DNA of 37,821 nucleotides, taken from IMG/VR virus record IMGVR_UViG_3300036987_000119, positions 1-37,821 of that record. One strand, written 5' to 3'. The notes beneath the pieces are model-generated. The model did no database searches, was not told where the DNA came from, and saw nothing but the letters and a program-made list of their open reading frames with translations. Shown piece after piece: positions 7,037 to 14,832 of this stretch. The first letter of the stretch is position 1; every line of letters starts with the position of its first letter. A program made the translations under genes and the position numbers. Source of the stretch: a virus. Taxonomy: Duplodnaviria > Caudoviricetes.

Positions 7037-7928
7037 GGCGGAAGCGAAAGCGGTGGAAGAGGTCTACAACCTGGCCCGGCAGCAAGCCGATGCAGAAATG
7101 GCGAAGTTGCGCGGCGAGATCGACGCCGTCCGCGAAGAGTCGCTGGCTCTGGGCGTACTGCAGAAGATCGAATACGACCTCGCCCACAACCAGATGCTCA
7201 AATATGTGGTGCTGCATCGCATCAAGCAGGCGAAGGAGTACCGCAAGGGGGGCATGACCTGGGACCAGTTTTGCGAAGCTCTTGGCGACGAGCGGCGAAA
7301 TGTTGACAGGATTCTTACCGATATTGGCCCGATCATTTCGACAGTTTCGGACAAAATGTCCGTTTTTACAGGGATGGATTTCAGTAAAATCAGGCTCTTA
7401 GGTCGTTCAATTTCGGACAAAATGTCCGAAATTACCGAAGACGGGATGCTTGTGATCGCCGGCGAACGCATCCCCCTCACCCCGGACTACCGCGACGACT
7501 TGCAGGCGGCACTGGAGCAGGTGATCGAGACCAACGCCAAGATTCTGGCCGACAAGGACGCGACGATCCGCGCCAAGGACAAGGTGCTCAAGGACAAACA
7601 GACTTTGATCGAGCGCCAGGCCAAAGACCTGGCGAAGCTGGAAGACGCGGCGTTCAAGGCGGGGATGACCCCCATCGAAGAGGCGTTTATCAAGCGGATG
7701 GAGAATCTGCGGGTGTCCTTCGACGGGTACATGCTCAAGGTCGACCCGGAGCGCTGCGAGCTGGGGAAGGCGGATGCCGAGAACACCCCGCGCATGGTCG
7801 CCGCCTATCTGACCACCCTCGATTACATGCGCAAGCAGCTTCTGGCGGCCTTTGATACCGCCCAGGATATGTACGGTTCGCTCACCATGTCGCCCGAAGA
7901 AGCCGTCTGGACGCAACCCGAGGAGTAG
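7029..7928 (+). CDS. Conserved Mu-like phage protein upstream of the transposase (DUF3102-like, coiled coil)
   Basis: Position directly before the transposase; TWDQFCEALG...RNVDR motif; long coiled-coil segments. Confidence 0.75.
   Translation: MGKAEAKAVEEVYNLARQQADAEMAKLRGEIDAVREESLALGVLQKIEYDLAHNQMLKYVVLHRIKQAKEYRKGGMTWDQFCEALGDERRNVDRILTDIGPIISTVSDKMSVFTGMDFSKIRLLGRSISDKMSEITEDGMLVIAGERIPLTPDYRDDLQAALEQVIETNAKILADKDATIRAKDKVLKDKQTLIERQAKDLAKLEDAAFKAGMTPIEEAFIKRMENLRVSFDGYMLKVDPERCELGKADAENTPRMVAAYLTTLDYMRKQLLAAFDTAQDMYGSLTMSPEEAVWTQPEE
7345..7433. repeat. Two copies of the palindrome TTTCGGACAAAATGTCCG inside a CDS
   Basis: Identical 18-mers at 7345-7362 and 7411-7428; the second extends to 11-bp arms (AATTTCGGACA-AAA-TGTCCGAAATT, 7409-7433). 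Confidence 0.85.
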
Positions 7929-7931
7929 CCC

Positions 7932-9617
7932 ATGGAATGGGAGTGGGAAAGGGAAATGGCGCAGCGTCTTGCCGAAGCGGCGCCCGGAGAAAAGGAACAG
8001 ATCATCGCCGGGTATTCCGTGATGACGGGGTTGTCTACCTCGACCCTTTACCGCCGGGCAAAAAAGGCCGGGTTTTCCAGCGGCCGGGCACCCCGCAAGG
8101 ACAAGGGGGAACTCAAGGCCGGTTTGACGGTCGCCCAGGTCGAATACGTGGCGGCGCTGATCCACGAAACGGGACGCGACAACAAGGGCGGCATCATGCC
8201 GGTGGAGCGGGCTCTGGAAATCGCCATGGATAACGGGATTGTCGCGCCGGGGCAGGTTTCGGCGGCCAGGATGCAACAGATTTTGCGCGAGAGGGAAATC
8301 AGCGCCAAGCACATGCGCGAGGCGACGCCCCATGTGGAACTGCGCAGCCTGCACCCGAACCACACCCACCTGTTCGACGTGTCGGTGTGCATTCAGTATT
8401 ACCTGCGCGGCGGCAAGATGCGGCTGATGAAAGAGACGGAATTCTACAAGAACAAACCCGAGAATTTCGCCAAGGTCAAGACCCGCCTGCTGCGCTATCT
8501 GCTGGTGGACCACTTCAGCGGCGCCTTTCACCTGAAATATTACGACACCACCGGCGAGTCGGCGGACAACCTCTTTGACTTTCTGTGCGAGGCCTGGCTG
8601 CCGAAATCGGACCCGCGTCTGCCTTTCCACGGCGTCGGCTTCTTCGGGCTGATGGACGCGGGGAGCGCGGCGATCTGCAAGCCGATGCAGGCGTTTTTCA
8701 AGGCGCTCGACTTCAAACACCCGGAAGGTCTGCCGCACAACCCCCGCCGCCAAGGGGCCGTCGAAACCATGCACAACGTCATCGAGCGCTGGTTCGAATC
8801 GGGGCTGAAGATCCAGCCGGCGACCAGCGTCGCCGAGCTGAACGCCTGGGCGCACGACTTCATGATCCGCTTCCAGGCGGAAAGAAAACACACCCGGCAC
8901 GGGCTCCCGCGGTTTTCGTGCTGGATGCAGATTCGCCCGGAGCAGTTGCGGGTTCCGCCGTGCCGGGAAGTGCTGCAGTACATCTACGCCCGCCCCGGCG
9001 AGGAACGCACCGTCGATGGCAACAAGTCGATCAGTTTCGAGGGGAAAACCTATCGCCTGCGGCATGTGGAGGGGATTCGCCCGGGGTCGAAAGTGATGGT
9101 GACGATGCGCCCCTATGCCTGGCCGCAGGTGGGGGTGACGTTCAACGATGTGGAGTATCTGGTCGACCCGGTGGGGGTGTTGCCGGCGGAGTTGGGCGGA
9201 TTCAAGGCCGACGCCCTGGTGATCGGCGAGGAATACCGGGGGCACAGCGAAACGGTTTCGCAACAGGCGGCCAAGCGGTTTGAAAACATCGCCTACGGCG
9301 AGCAGGGCAAGAAGGCCCGTCCCTTCGCCGGGACTTTGGTCTTCGGCCACCAGGCCGACAAAATCGGCAACGTGGCGCCGATGCCGCGCCGGGGGACGCC
9401 GATGGAGGTGAGCCGGAGCGTGGTGCAGGCCCTGCCGATTATGGAGTTGTTCAAGCGGCTGAGCGCGGCGGGCACGCGCGTGGACGCTGGGCTGAACAAG
9501 GAATTGCGGCTGGTGTTCGGGCCGACCATCGCGCCGGCGGATGCCGACGAGGTGGTGCGGGCCATTTCCTGCGGCGAGGATTGGCGGCCGGTCACCGCCA
9601 CGCGGCAGGCTCTTTAA
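7932..9617 (+). CDS. Mu-like DDE transposase (A protein)
   Basis: N-terminal HTH; candidate catalytic D (HLFDVS), D (LMDAGS), E (GAVETMHN); C-terminal beta-barrel RTVDGNKSISFEG; followed by an AAA ATPase. Confidence 0.92.
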   Translation: MEWEWEREMAQRLAEAAPGEKEQIIAGYSVMTGLSTSTLYRRAKKAGFSSGRAPRKDKGELKAGLTVAQVEYVAALIHETGRDNKGGIMPVERALEIAMDNGIVAPGQVSAARMQQILREREISAKHMREATPHVELRSLHPNHTHLFDVSVCIQYYLRGGKMRLMKETEFYKNKPENFAKVKTRLLRYLLVDHFSGAFHLKYYDTTGESADNLFDFLCEAWLPKSDPRLPFHGVGFFGLMDAGSAAICKPMQAFFKALDFKHPEGLPHNPRRQGAVETMHNVIERWFESGLKIQPATSVAELNAWAHDFMIRFQAERKHTRHGLPRFSCWMQIRPEQLRVPPCREVLQYIYARPGEERTVDGNKSISFEGKTYRLRHVEGIRPGSKVMVTMRPYAWPQVGVTFNDVEYLVDPVGVLPAELGGFKADALVIGEEYRGHSETVSQQAAKRFENIAYGEQGKKARPFAGTLVFGHQADKIGNVAPMPRRGTPMEVSRSVVQALPIMELFKRLSAAGTRVDAGLNKELRLVFGPTIAPADADEVVRAISCGEDWRPVTATRQAL

Positions 9618-9632
9618 TCAAGGAGGTCAACC

Positions 9633-10892
9633 ATGGCGACGCGCCGAGGGGTGTATCAGATGGAGTTCGCCCCGATTATCCTCAAGCAACTGGTGCTTGA
9701 ATGCGACATCAGCCAGACGGATCTGGCGGAACAGATTTCCACCCTCGTCGGCCGCCCGGTCAGCCGCCCGACGATTAACCTGTGCCTGAATCGCGGCCAG
9801 GTACCGCCGACCATCGACGGCTTCAAGGCGGCGGTCGAGGCGATCCTCGACACCCACGACAAGGCCGCCGACTGGCTGGCGAACCAGGGCCTGGGCCTCG
9901 CCGATATCTGGCAGCCCCTGGGGCAGGATCTGCGCCTGGAGATGCCCGACGGGCACAGCCGCCGCTGCTCGAAAGCCCAGCGCAAGCTGGCCATGGTCCC
10001 GGGAAACCCGGAAGAAATCATCATTAAATGGGAGGTTGAAATGATTGGTCAGGAGGCATTGAGGCACTTCAAGCTGTTTCGGAACCCCTTCATCGACGAC
10101 ATCGCCAAGGATTCCGACATCTACCTGAGCGACGAACACCGCTATATCGAGGCGACGATGCTGGACGCGGCCCGCCACGGCGGCTTTATCGCGGTGATCG
10201 GCGAGGTCGGCAGCGGGAAAAGCGTGATGCGGCGCAAGGTGGTGGAGCAGCTCAAGCGCGACGGCGACACGATGGTGATTTTCCCGCAGATGATTGACAA
10301 GACCCGGCTGACGGCGGGGAGCATCTGCGACGCGATCATCCAGGACGTGAGTAGCGAGAAGTGCAAGACCAAGCTCGAAGACAAGACCCGCCAGGTGCAG
10401 CGGCTGCTGCTCGACCGCTCGAAAAGCGGCTACCGCGCCTGTCTGATCATCGAAGAGGCGCACGATCTGAACGTGAACACCCTGAAATACCTGAAGCGGT
10501 TTTATGAGTTGGAAGACGGCTATCGCAAGCTGCTGGGCATCATCCTCATCGGCCAAACCGAGTTGAAACACATGTTCAACGAGGCGCAAAACGTCGACAT
10601 GCGCGAGGTGATCCGCCGGGTTCAGGTGGCTGAGATCAAGGGTCTCAACGGGCACCTCAAAGACTATTTGAGCCTGAAATTCAAGCGGGTCGGGGCGGAC
10701 ATCGCCCAGATTTTCGAGGATGAAGCCTTCGAGGCCCTGGGGCGGCGGCTGACCTCGACCACCCGCGACGGTAAAAGCAAGGTTTCGCATGCCTACCCGC
10801 TGCTGGTGAACAACTACACGGCCAAGGCGATGAATCTGGCCTTTGAGATGGGCGAGCCGCGCATTTCGGCGGATGTCGTCGACGCGATCTAG
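9633..10892 (+). CDS. Transposition AAA+ ATPase (MuB-equivalent, ExeA-like) with N-terminal HTH
   Basis: Walker A GEVGSGKS, Walker B LIIEEAH, ILIGQTEL; RBS AAGGAGGT; directly after the transposase. Confidence 0.92.
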   Translation: MATRRGVYQMEFAPIILKQLVLECDISQTDLAEQISTLVGRPVSRPTINLCLNRGQVPPTIDGFKAAVEAILDTHDKAADWLANQGLGLADIWQPLGQDLRLEMPDGHSRRCSKAQRKLAMVPGNPEEIIIKWEVEMIGQEALRHFKLFRNPFIDDIAKDSDIYLSDEHRYIEATMLDAARHGGFIAVIGEVGSGKSVMRRKVVEQLKRDGDTMVIFPQMIDKTRLTAGSICDAIIQDVSSEKCKTKLEDKTRQVQRLLLDRSKSGYRACLIIEEAHDLNVNTLKYLKRFYELEDGYRKLLGIILIGQTELKHMFNEAQNVDMREVIRRVQVAEIKGLNGHLKDYLSLKFKRVGADIAQIFEDEAFEALGRRLTSTTRDGKSKVSHAYPLLVNNYTAKAMNLAFEMGEPRISADVVDAI

Positions 10893-10901
10893 GGGGCGGC
10901 C

Positions 10902-11312
10902 ATGAGCGATCAACCGAAATGTCCCCATTGCCACGCCAGCCAATCCCACTTGCAGCCCTTGATCGAGCGCCTGGAGACAACGGCGGTGCAGACTGTGCGT
11001 TGTACCCTCTGCGGCTGGCGCATCAGCCGGGAGGTGACGCCGACGACGTACCAGCGTTTCGAGCCGGAACCGGTGAAAAAAGCCGGCCGCCCCGCCGGGC
11101 TTACCGGGTCCGCGCCCTGTTCGGTGCTGGGCTGTCCCGCCCGCCCCTATGCCAACGCCCCCTGGGGCATGTGCGCGCAACACCGCAAGACGATGAAGGC
11201 ATGGCAGGAAAGCGCCGGGCGGTATTCCTGCCCCTTCAAGGAGATCCCGGAGGGCGGTTACATCCAGCTTTCCCGGTCGGAGAGGAGGAAACGTGGATCT
11301 TTTAAGCTATGA
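10902..11312 (+). CDS. Zinc-finger hypothetical protein
   Basis: CPHC, CTLC and CSVLGC...CAQH motifs; operon continuity. Confidence 0.7.
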   Translation: MSDQPKCPHCHASQSHLQPLIERLETTAVQTVRCTLCGWRISREVTPTTYQRFEPEPVKKAGRPAGLTGSAPCSVLGCPARPYANAPWGMCAQHRKTMKAWQESAGRYSCPFKEIPEGGYIQLSRSERRKRGSFKL

Positions 11313-11574
11313 GGCGGCGTGTTGGTTTGTCTGGGGGCTGCTGACCTGGTGGACCCTTCTCGCCGTGGCTCTGATCGGCGGGTTCCTCTGGTTTTTGAAG
11401 AAGGAGAAGGAGGCGGAGAATGCGTTACGCGGTGTTGATGGTTCTCGGTGCCCTGGTCTGGATCAACCTTGCGGGGTGGTTCCGAGTGTGGAGCGAGGAG
11501 CGGCGGCGGAAGAGGTTTCTGCGGGAGTTTCGCGCCTCCATCGCCCGCCGCGCATCCCCCACGGCGGGGGGTAG
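11293..11574 (+). CDS. Small membrane protein
   Basis: RBS GAGGAGG before GTG; N-terminal Trp-rich TM helix; 3' half overlaps another ORF. Confidence 0.55.
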   Translation: MDLLSYEAACWFVWGLLTWWTLLAVALIGGFLWFLKKEKEAENALRGVDGSRCPGLDQPCGVVPSVERGAAAEEVSAGVSRLHRPPRIPHGGG

Positions 11575-11581
11575 CCGATGA
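11420..11581 (+). CDS. Small membrane protein (53 aa, not in the ORF track)
   Basis: MRYAVLMVLGALVWINLAGWFRVWSEERRRKRFLREF...; RBS AAGGAGG; stop overlaps the next start (ATGA at 11578-11581). Confidence 0.6.
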   Translation: MRYAVLMVLGALVWINLAGWFRVWSEERRRKRFLREFRASIARRASPTAGGSR

Positions 11582-12108
11582 CGGCGGCGGACGAGTGGTT
11601 GAAAGAGAACGCCATTGAATGCACCCGCTACCGCCTGCGCCTCTCGCCGCACGCCTGCAAGGCGTGCCAGATGGCGACGCCGGAGCGGTGCGAAGGGTGC
11701 GAGCGAACAAAAGAGCAGCCCCAACTGACGCCCCGCCAGGCCCAACATCGGCGCGGGGCCTTGAACGCGGTGAAAGCGAGGAAGGCGAAGAAAATGACGA
11801 ATGCCGAGATGGAAGAAATGGCCCCCGTAGGGGCGCAGCCCTTGGACCGGGCAACGGAAGACGACCAGGGCGCAGCACGCTGCGCCCCTACATCCAAAGC
11901 GCGGCGGATCGAGGTCAAGAGTGAATGGCGCGGCGGGTTGCGCCAGGCGCTGCGGGAGATCGCGGAGGAGGCGGTGATTATGGATGCCGACCCGCGCATT
12001 GTGCGGCTGGTGCGCTGCTGCCACTACCTCGCCGAGCAGGTCGCGGCGCGGGATGAGGCGGGAGCGATGGAGGTTTTCGAGGAAGCGAGCGAGATTTTAG
12101 GACGTTAA
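11578..12108 (+). CDS. Cys-rich hypothetical phage protein containing an in-frame REP-like insert
   Basis: CTRY...CKAC...CEGC; operon continuity. Confidence 0.65.
   Translation: MTAADEWLKENAIECTRYRLRLSPHACKACQMATPERCEGCERTKEQPQLTPRQAQHRRGALNAVKARKAKKMTNAEMEEMAPVGAQPLDRATEDDQGAARCAPTSKARRIEVKSEWRGGLRQALREIAEEAVIMDADPRIVRLVRCCHYLAEQVAARDEAGAMEVFEEASEILGR
11827..11891. repeat. GTAG-type REP-like inverted pair (REPIN-like)
   Basis: GTAGGGGCGCAGC ... GGGCGCAGCACGCTGCGCCCCTAC. Confidence 0.7.
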
Positions 12109-12122
12109 AGGGAGGTTTAACC

Positions 12123-12368
12123 ATGTTCAATTTTTTCAAGAAGAAGGCAAAGCCGGAGCCGAGGAAGCCTAGAACCTTCTATATCCCGGACCACGCGACG
12201 GAAGAAGTTCTCGGTTTGCTCGACGTGAAGGGGAGACTTGGCCATTACCGGCTGTGGAAACGGATCATGGAACTGGTGCCGGAGACAAAGATTGGCGACT
12301 GGTCTCTTGACAGCAGCCATCCGTTTTCCAATGGGCTCTTCGTCGAAGAAGTCATCAGGGGAGAATAA
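12123..12368 (+). CDS. Hypothetical protein
   Basis: RBS GGGAGGT; fills the gap before gam. Confidence 0.7.
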   Translation: MFNFFKKKAKPEPRKPRTFYIPDHATEEVLGLLDVKGRLGHYRLWKRIMELVPETKIGDWSLDSSHPFSNGLFVEEVIRGE

Positions 12369-12371
12369 ATC

Positions 12372-12899
12372 ATGGCGGGGAAAACGATTAAAACCCAGGC
12401 GACGGTCTGCCGGGTACCGCAGAACCGGCAGGAAGCGGTCAACATGATCGCCGGTATCGGCGCGGCCCAGCGCGAGCGCGAGATGCTGAAAAATGAGATG
12501 GACGCGCAGATTACGGCCTTGCGCGAGAAGTACGACGCGCTCATGGCCCCGGCGGTGGATTCGATCAAGGCGCTGTCTCAGGGCGTGCACATTTGGGCCG
12601 AATCGCACCGGGACGAGCTGACCCAGGGCGGCAAGGTGAAGACGGCGAACCTGATGACCGGCGAGCTGCGCTGGCGCACCACGCCCCCCTCGGTGATGAC
12701 AGTGAGGGTGAAGGAAGCCATCGAAGAACTCAAGGCCCGCCAACTGGCGAAGCGGTTCATTCGGGTGAAGGAGGAAATCAACAAAGAGGCGATTCTTGCC
12801 GACCCGGCGGCGGTCAAGGGGATGAAGTGGCTGAGAATTTCGCAGAGCGAGGATTTTGTCATTGTGCCGTTTGAAACGAGTTTAGAGGAGGTGGCGTGA
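12372..12899 (+). CDS. gam: Mu Gam-like host-nuclease inhibitor (DNA end-binding protein)
   Basis: WAESHRDELTQGGKVKTANLMTGELRWRTTPPSV...FIRVKEEINKEAIL...EDFVIVPFE is the Mu Gam family pattern. Confidence 0.93.
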   Translation: MAGKTIKTQATVCRVPQNRQEAVNMIAGIGAAQREREMLKNEMDAQITALREKYDALMAPAVDSIKALSQGVHIWAESHRDELTQGGKVKTANLMTGELRWRTTPPSVMTVRVKEAIEELKARQLAKRFIRVKEEINKEAILADPAAVKGMKWLRISQSEDFVIVPFETSLEEVA

Positions 12900-13078
12900 G
12901 CGACAATTCCCACGGGTATCGCAAGGCATCAAAGATCTTTCGTGACGCTGGTAGAACCTGCGAATTCTGTCGGCACAGCAACATCCGCGAGTTTAGTGGC
13001 CGGTTAGAGTGCAAGCATCAAGGGGGTTACCAGGTTGGAAAACACTCTTGCTGCGCGTTATGGGAGGAGGTGGCGTGA
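12896..13078 (+). CDS. Small Cys-rich protein
   Basis: GTGA and TGATG coupling, RBS GAGGAGG; CEFC...C...CC. Confidence 0.65.
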   Translation: MSDNSHGYRKASKIFRDAGRTCEFCRHSNIREFSGRLECKHQGGYQVGKHSCCALWEEVA

Positions 13079-13245
13079 TGTTTGACAATATCGAACCTTG
13101 CCCGTTCTGCGGGTGTGATGATCCGAGATGGGCCGCAGACCCCGACGAAACCGTGCTGTGGCTGGAGTGCGACGAGTGCAACGCCACCGGCCCGACGGCG
13201 CAGACGCACGAGGAAGCGGCGGATTTGTGGAATCAGAGGATGTGA
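13078..13245 (+). CDS. Lar-family (restriction alleviation) zinc-ribbon protein
   Basis: PCPFCG...CDECNATGP...EEAADLWNQR matches the Lar family pattern. Confidence 0.8.
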   Translation: MFDNIEPCPFCGCDDPRWAADPDETVLWLECDECNATGPTAQTHEEAADLWNQRM

Positions 13246-13249
13246 GAAA

Positions 13250-13313
13250 GGCAGGCTGAAGGCTGAAGGCTGAAGAGAGAACCTTCAGTCTTCAGTCTAA
13301 ACCTCTTCAGCCT
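13250..13313. repeat. Heptamer array (GGCTGAA)3 followed by inverted TTCAG(T/C)C copies
   Basis: Seen directly; related arrays at about 14444, 19476 and 22598. Confidence 0.85.
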
Positions 13314-13319
13314 AAATAA

Positions 13320-13398
13320 TTGCGAAACCGGCAACTTGCTCTTTTTGTCAAGTTGCCGGTCGTCCCGGCGTGGCTCCCGGGGCCTGATGAGCAAGCCA
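13320..13398 (+). ncRNA. Type II hammerhead ribozyme with pseudoknot
   Basis: TTGC-GAAA-stem III (CCGGCAACTTG/CAAGTTGCCGG)-TC; stem I (GTCCCGG/CCGGGGC); CTGATGA-GCAA closing stem II; loop TGGCT (13371-13375) complementary to 3' AGCCA (13394-13398); predicted cleavage after C13361. Confidence 0.9.
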
Positions 13399-13412
13399 AC
13401 CCGTTTCCCTTG

Positions 13413-13455
13413 CCCGCCGGGAGGTTCCTCCTCCTTGCCCCCGGCGGGACTTTTT
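13413..13455 (+). terminator. Hairpin plus U-tract downstream of the ribozyme (terminator/attenuator candidate)
   Basis: CCCGCCGGG ... CCCGGCGGG followed by ACTTTTT; loop contains anti-SD-like CCTCCTCC. Confidence 0.5.
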
Positions 13456-13465
13456 AGAGGCAAAA

Positions 13466-13909
13466 ATGGTTTATGACAAGAGCCAGAGAGTGACGGTCCG
13501 CTATTTCTCAACCAAGAACAGGGTATCGCCGTTCGTGGCCATCATCGGCGTGTGGCCAGACCGCGCCGCCTTGATGAAGTCCATTAAAACGGGAACGAGG
13601 CTCGGGTGGCGGTACGCGCTCCCGGAAGAGATCGCTCTTTTGAATCGGTCAACCCGGCACGTTGCCCTTTACTGGGCGTCTCTGCGGGACATGCTTTGGA
13701 CCCATCGAAGCCCAGATCTTGAACGGTTTTATCCAAGGCTGGTAGCTAGAATTCGACGGGACTGGAGGCAGGTCAAAGCGAACGCATTGGAAGTCCAAAA
13801 GAAAAAAGATGCCAAGGCCGTCTTGAAAGCCGAAGGAAAAGCTATCGCGGCAGAAAACTTGAAGAGGAGCAAACCCCCGATTGTATCCCCTCAGTTGAAC
13901 CTTTTTTAG
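13466..13909 (+). CDS. Basic hypothetical protein ending in QLNLF
   Basis: RBS AGAGG; AT-richer than neighbours; C-terminal clamp-binding-like motif. Confidence 0.7.
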   Translation: MVYDKSQRVTVRYFSTKNRVSPFVAIIGVWPDRAALMKSIKTGTRLGWRYALPEEIALLNRSTRHVALYWASLRDMLWTHRSPDLERFYPRLVARIRRDWRQVKANALEVQKKKDAKAVLKAEGKAIAAENLKRSKPPIVSPQLNLF

Positions 13910-13918
13910 GAGCCACCC

Positions 13919-14101
13919 ATGCCCAAACTTTGCACCCCGGAATGTCGCCACCTGCGCAGCATCCGCTACGGGTTCGACGGCAAGCCGATCGTGGCGGCCG
14001 GGTACGACAAGCGTGACAAGATGGCGACCTGCGCGCTCAATCCGAAGGCTCGGATTAAGCTTTCTGGTCTTCCTGTTTGCTTTATGGAGGAGGTGGATTG
14101 A
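13919..14101 (+). CDS. Small Cys-containing hypothetical protein
   Basis: RBS AGGAG; stop overlaps the next start. Confidence 0.65.
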   Translation: MPKLCTPECRHLRSIRYGFDGKPIVAAGYDKRDKMATCALNPKARIKLSGLPVCFMEEVD

Positions 14102-14322
14102 TGGGCGGTATAAATCACGCACGAATTGAGACGAGCGACCGTTTGCGCCGGGTGCTGGCGGTGCTTTCGGATGGGAGAGAACACAGCACGCTCGATATCC
14201 AGGCCTATGCCCGGGTGTGCGCTGTCGGGACGACCGTCTCGGAGCTGCGCGCCAACGGGTTTTCTATCTCGTGCCAACGGCGCGGGGATGTTTGGTTTTA
14301 TCGGCTGGAGGTCGCGCCGTGA
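14101..14322 (+). CDS. Winged-HTH protein
   Basis: RVLAVLSDG...STLDI...VSELRANGFSI...YRL pattern; RBS GGAGGAGG. Confidence 0.75.
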   Translation: MGGINHARIETSDRLRRVLAVLSDGREHSTLDIQAYARVCAVGTTVSELRANGFSISCQRRGDVWFYRLEVAP

Positions 14323-14474
14323 GATGCCCGGAGAAAACTGAGGTCTGGTCCAGGGTGTGCGGGTTCTTTCGGCCGGTGGCGCAATGGAACCGGGGGAAGA
14401 AAGCCGAGTACCGCGAGCGGGTGAATTTTGCCGTGCCGGGCACGGCAGGCGGAAGTCCGAAGTCTGAAGACTGA
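14319..14474 (+). CDS. Stand-alone NrdD-like glycyl-radical domain peptide (51 aa)
   Basis: TEVWSRVCGFFRPVAQWNRGKKAEYRER matches the C-terminus of anaerobic ribonucleotide reductase (RVCG glycyl-radical loop); GTGA coupling, RBS GGAGGT. Confidence 0.82.
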   Translation: MRCPEKTEVWSRVCGFFRPVAQWNRGKKAEYRERVNFAVPGTAGGSPKSED

Positions 14475-14485
14475 AGGGGAGCCTT

Positions 14486-14596
14486 ATGACGATCCTGATC
14501 ATTGTCGCCGTACTGGTCGTCGCCGAACGGGCGGCAAGCTGGGCGGCTCCGAGGGTGATTGAGTTTGTGATTGAGACGTGGCGGAGGGCGTTTTGA
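14486..14596 (+). CDS. Small hydrophobic peptide (36 aa)
   Basis: MTILIIVAVLVVAERAASWAAPRVIEFVIETWRRAF; RBS GGGGAG. Confidence 0.5.
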   Translation: MTILIIVAVLVVAERAASWAAPRVIEFVIETWRRAF

Positions 14597-14832
14597 AAAA
14601 GGCCGCGAACATTTATGCCAGCTTGTACGACGGTCACTTTGATGTCGGGTTTGATTGCCCCGGGGCTGAATCATGCCAGTATGCGCTGTGCGCCATGATG
14701 CCGCCGGATGGGGTACATGATTGTTTCTTCCATGAGCACGGCTCTTGCCGCCAGCAGACCGCGCAATATGACGCGCTCGAACGGCTGATGAAGAGACTTA
14801 AGGGCAAGATGAAGGAGTTCGACGACGAATGA
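14578..14832 (+). CDS. Cys-rich hypothetical protein (start uncertain)
   Basis: Five Cys residues; ATGA coupling to the next gene. Confidence 0.6.
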   Translation: MAEGVLKKAANIYASLYDGHFDVGFDCPGAESCQYALCAMMPPDGVHDCFFHEHGSCRQQTAQYDALERLMKRLKGKMKEFDDE

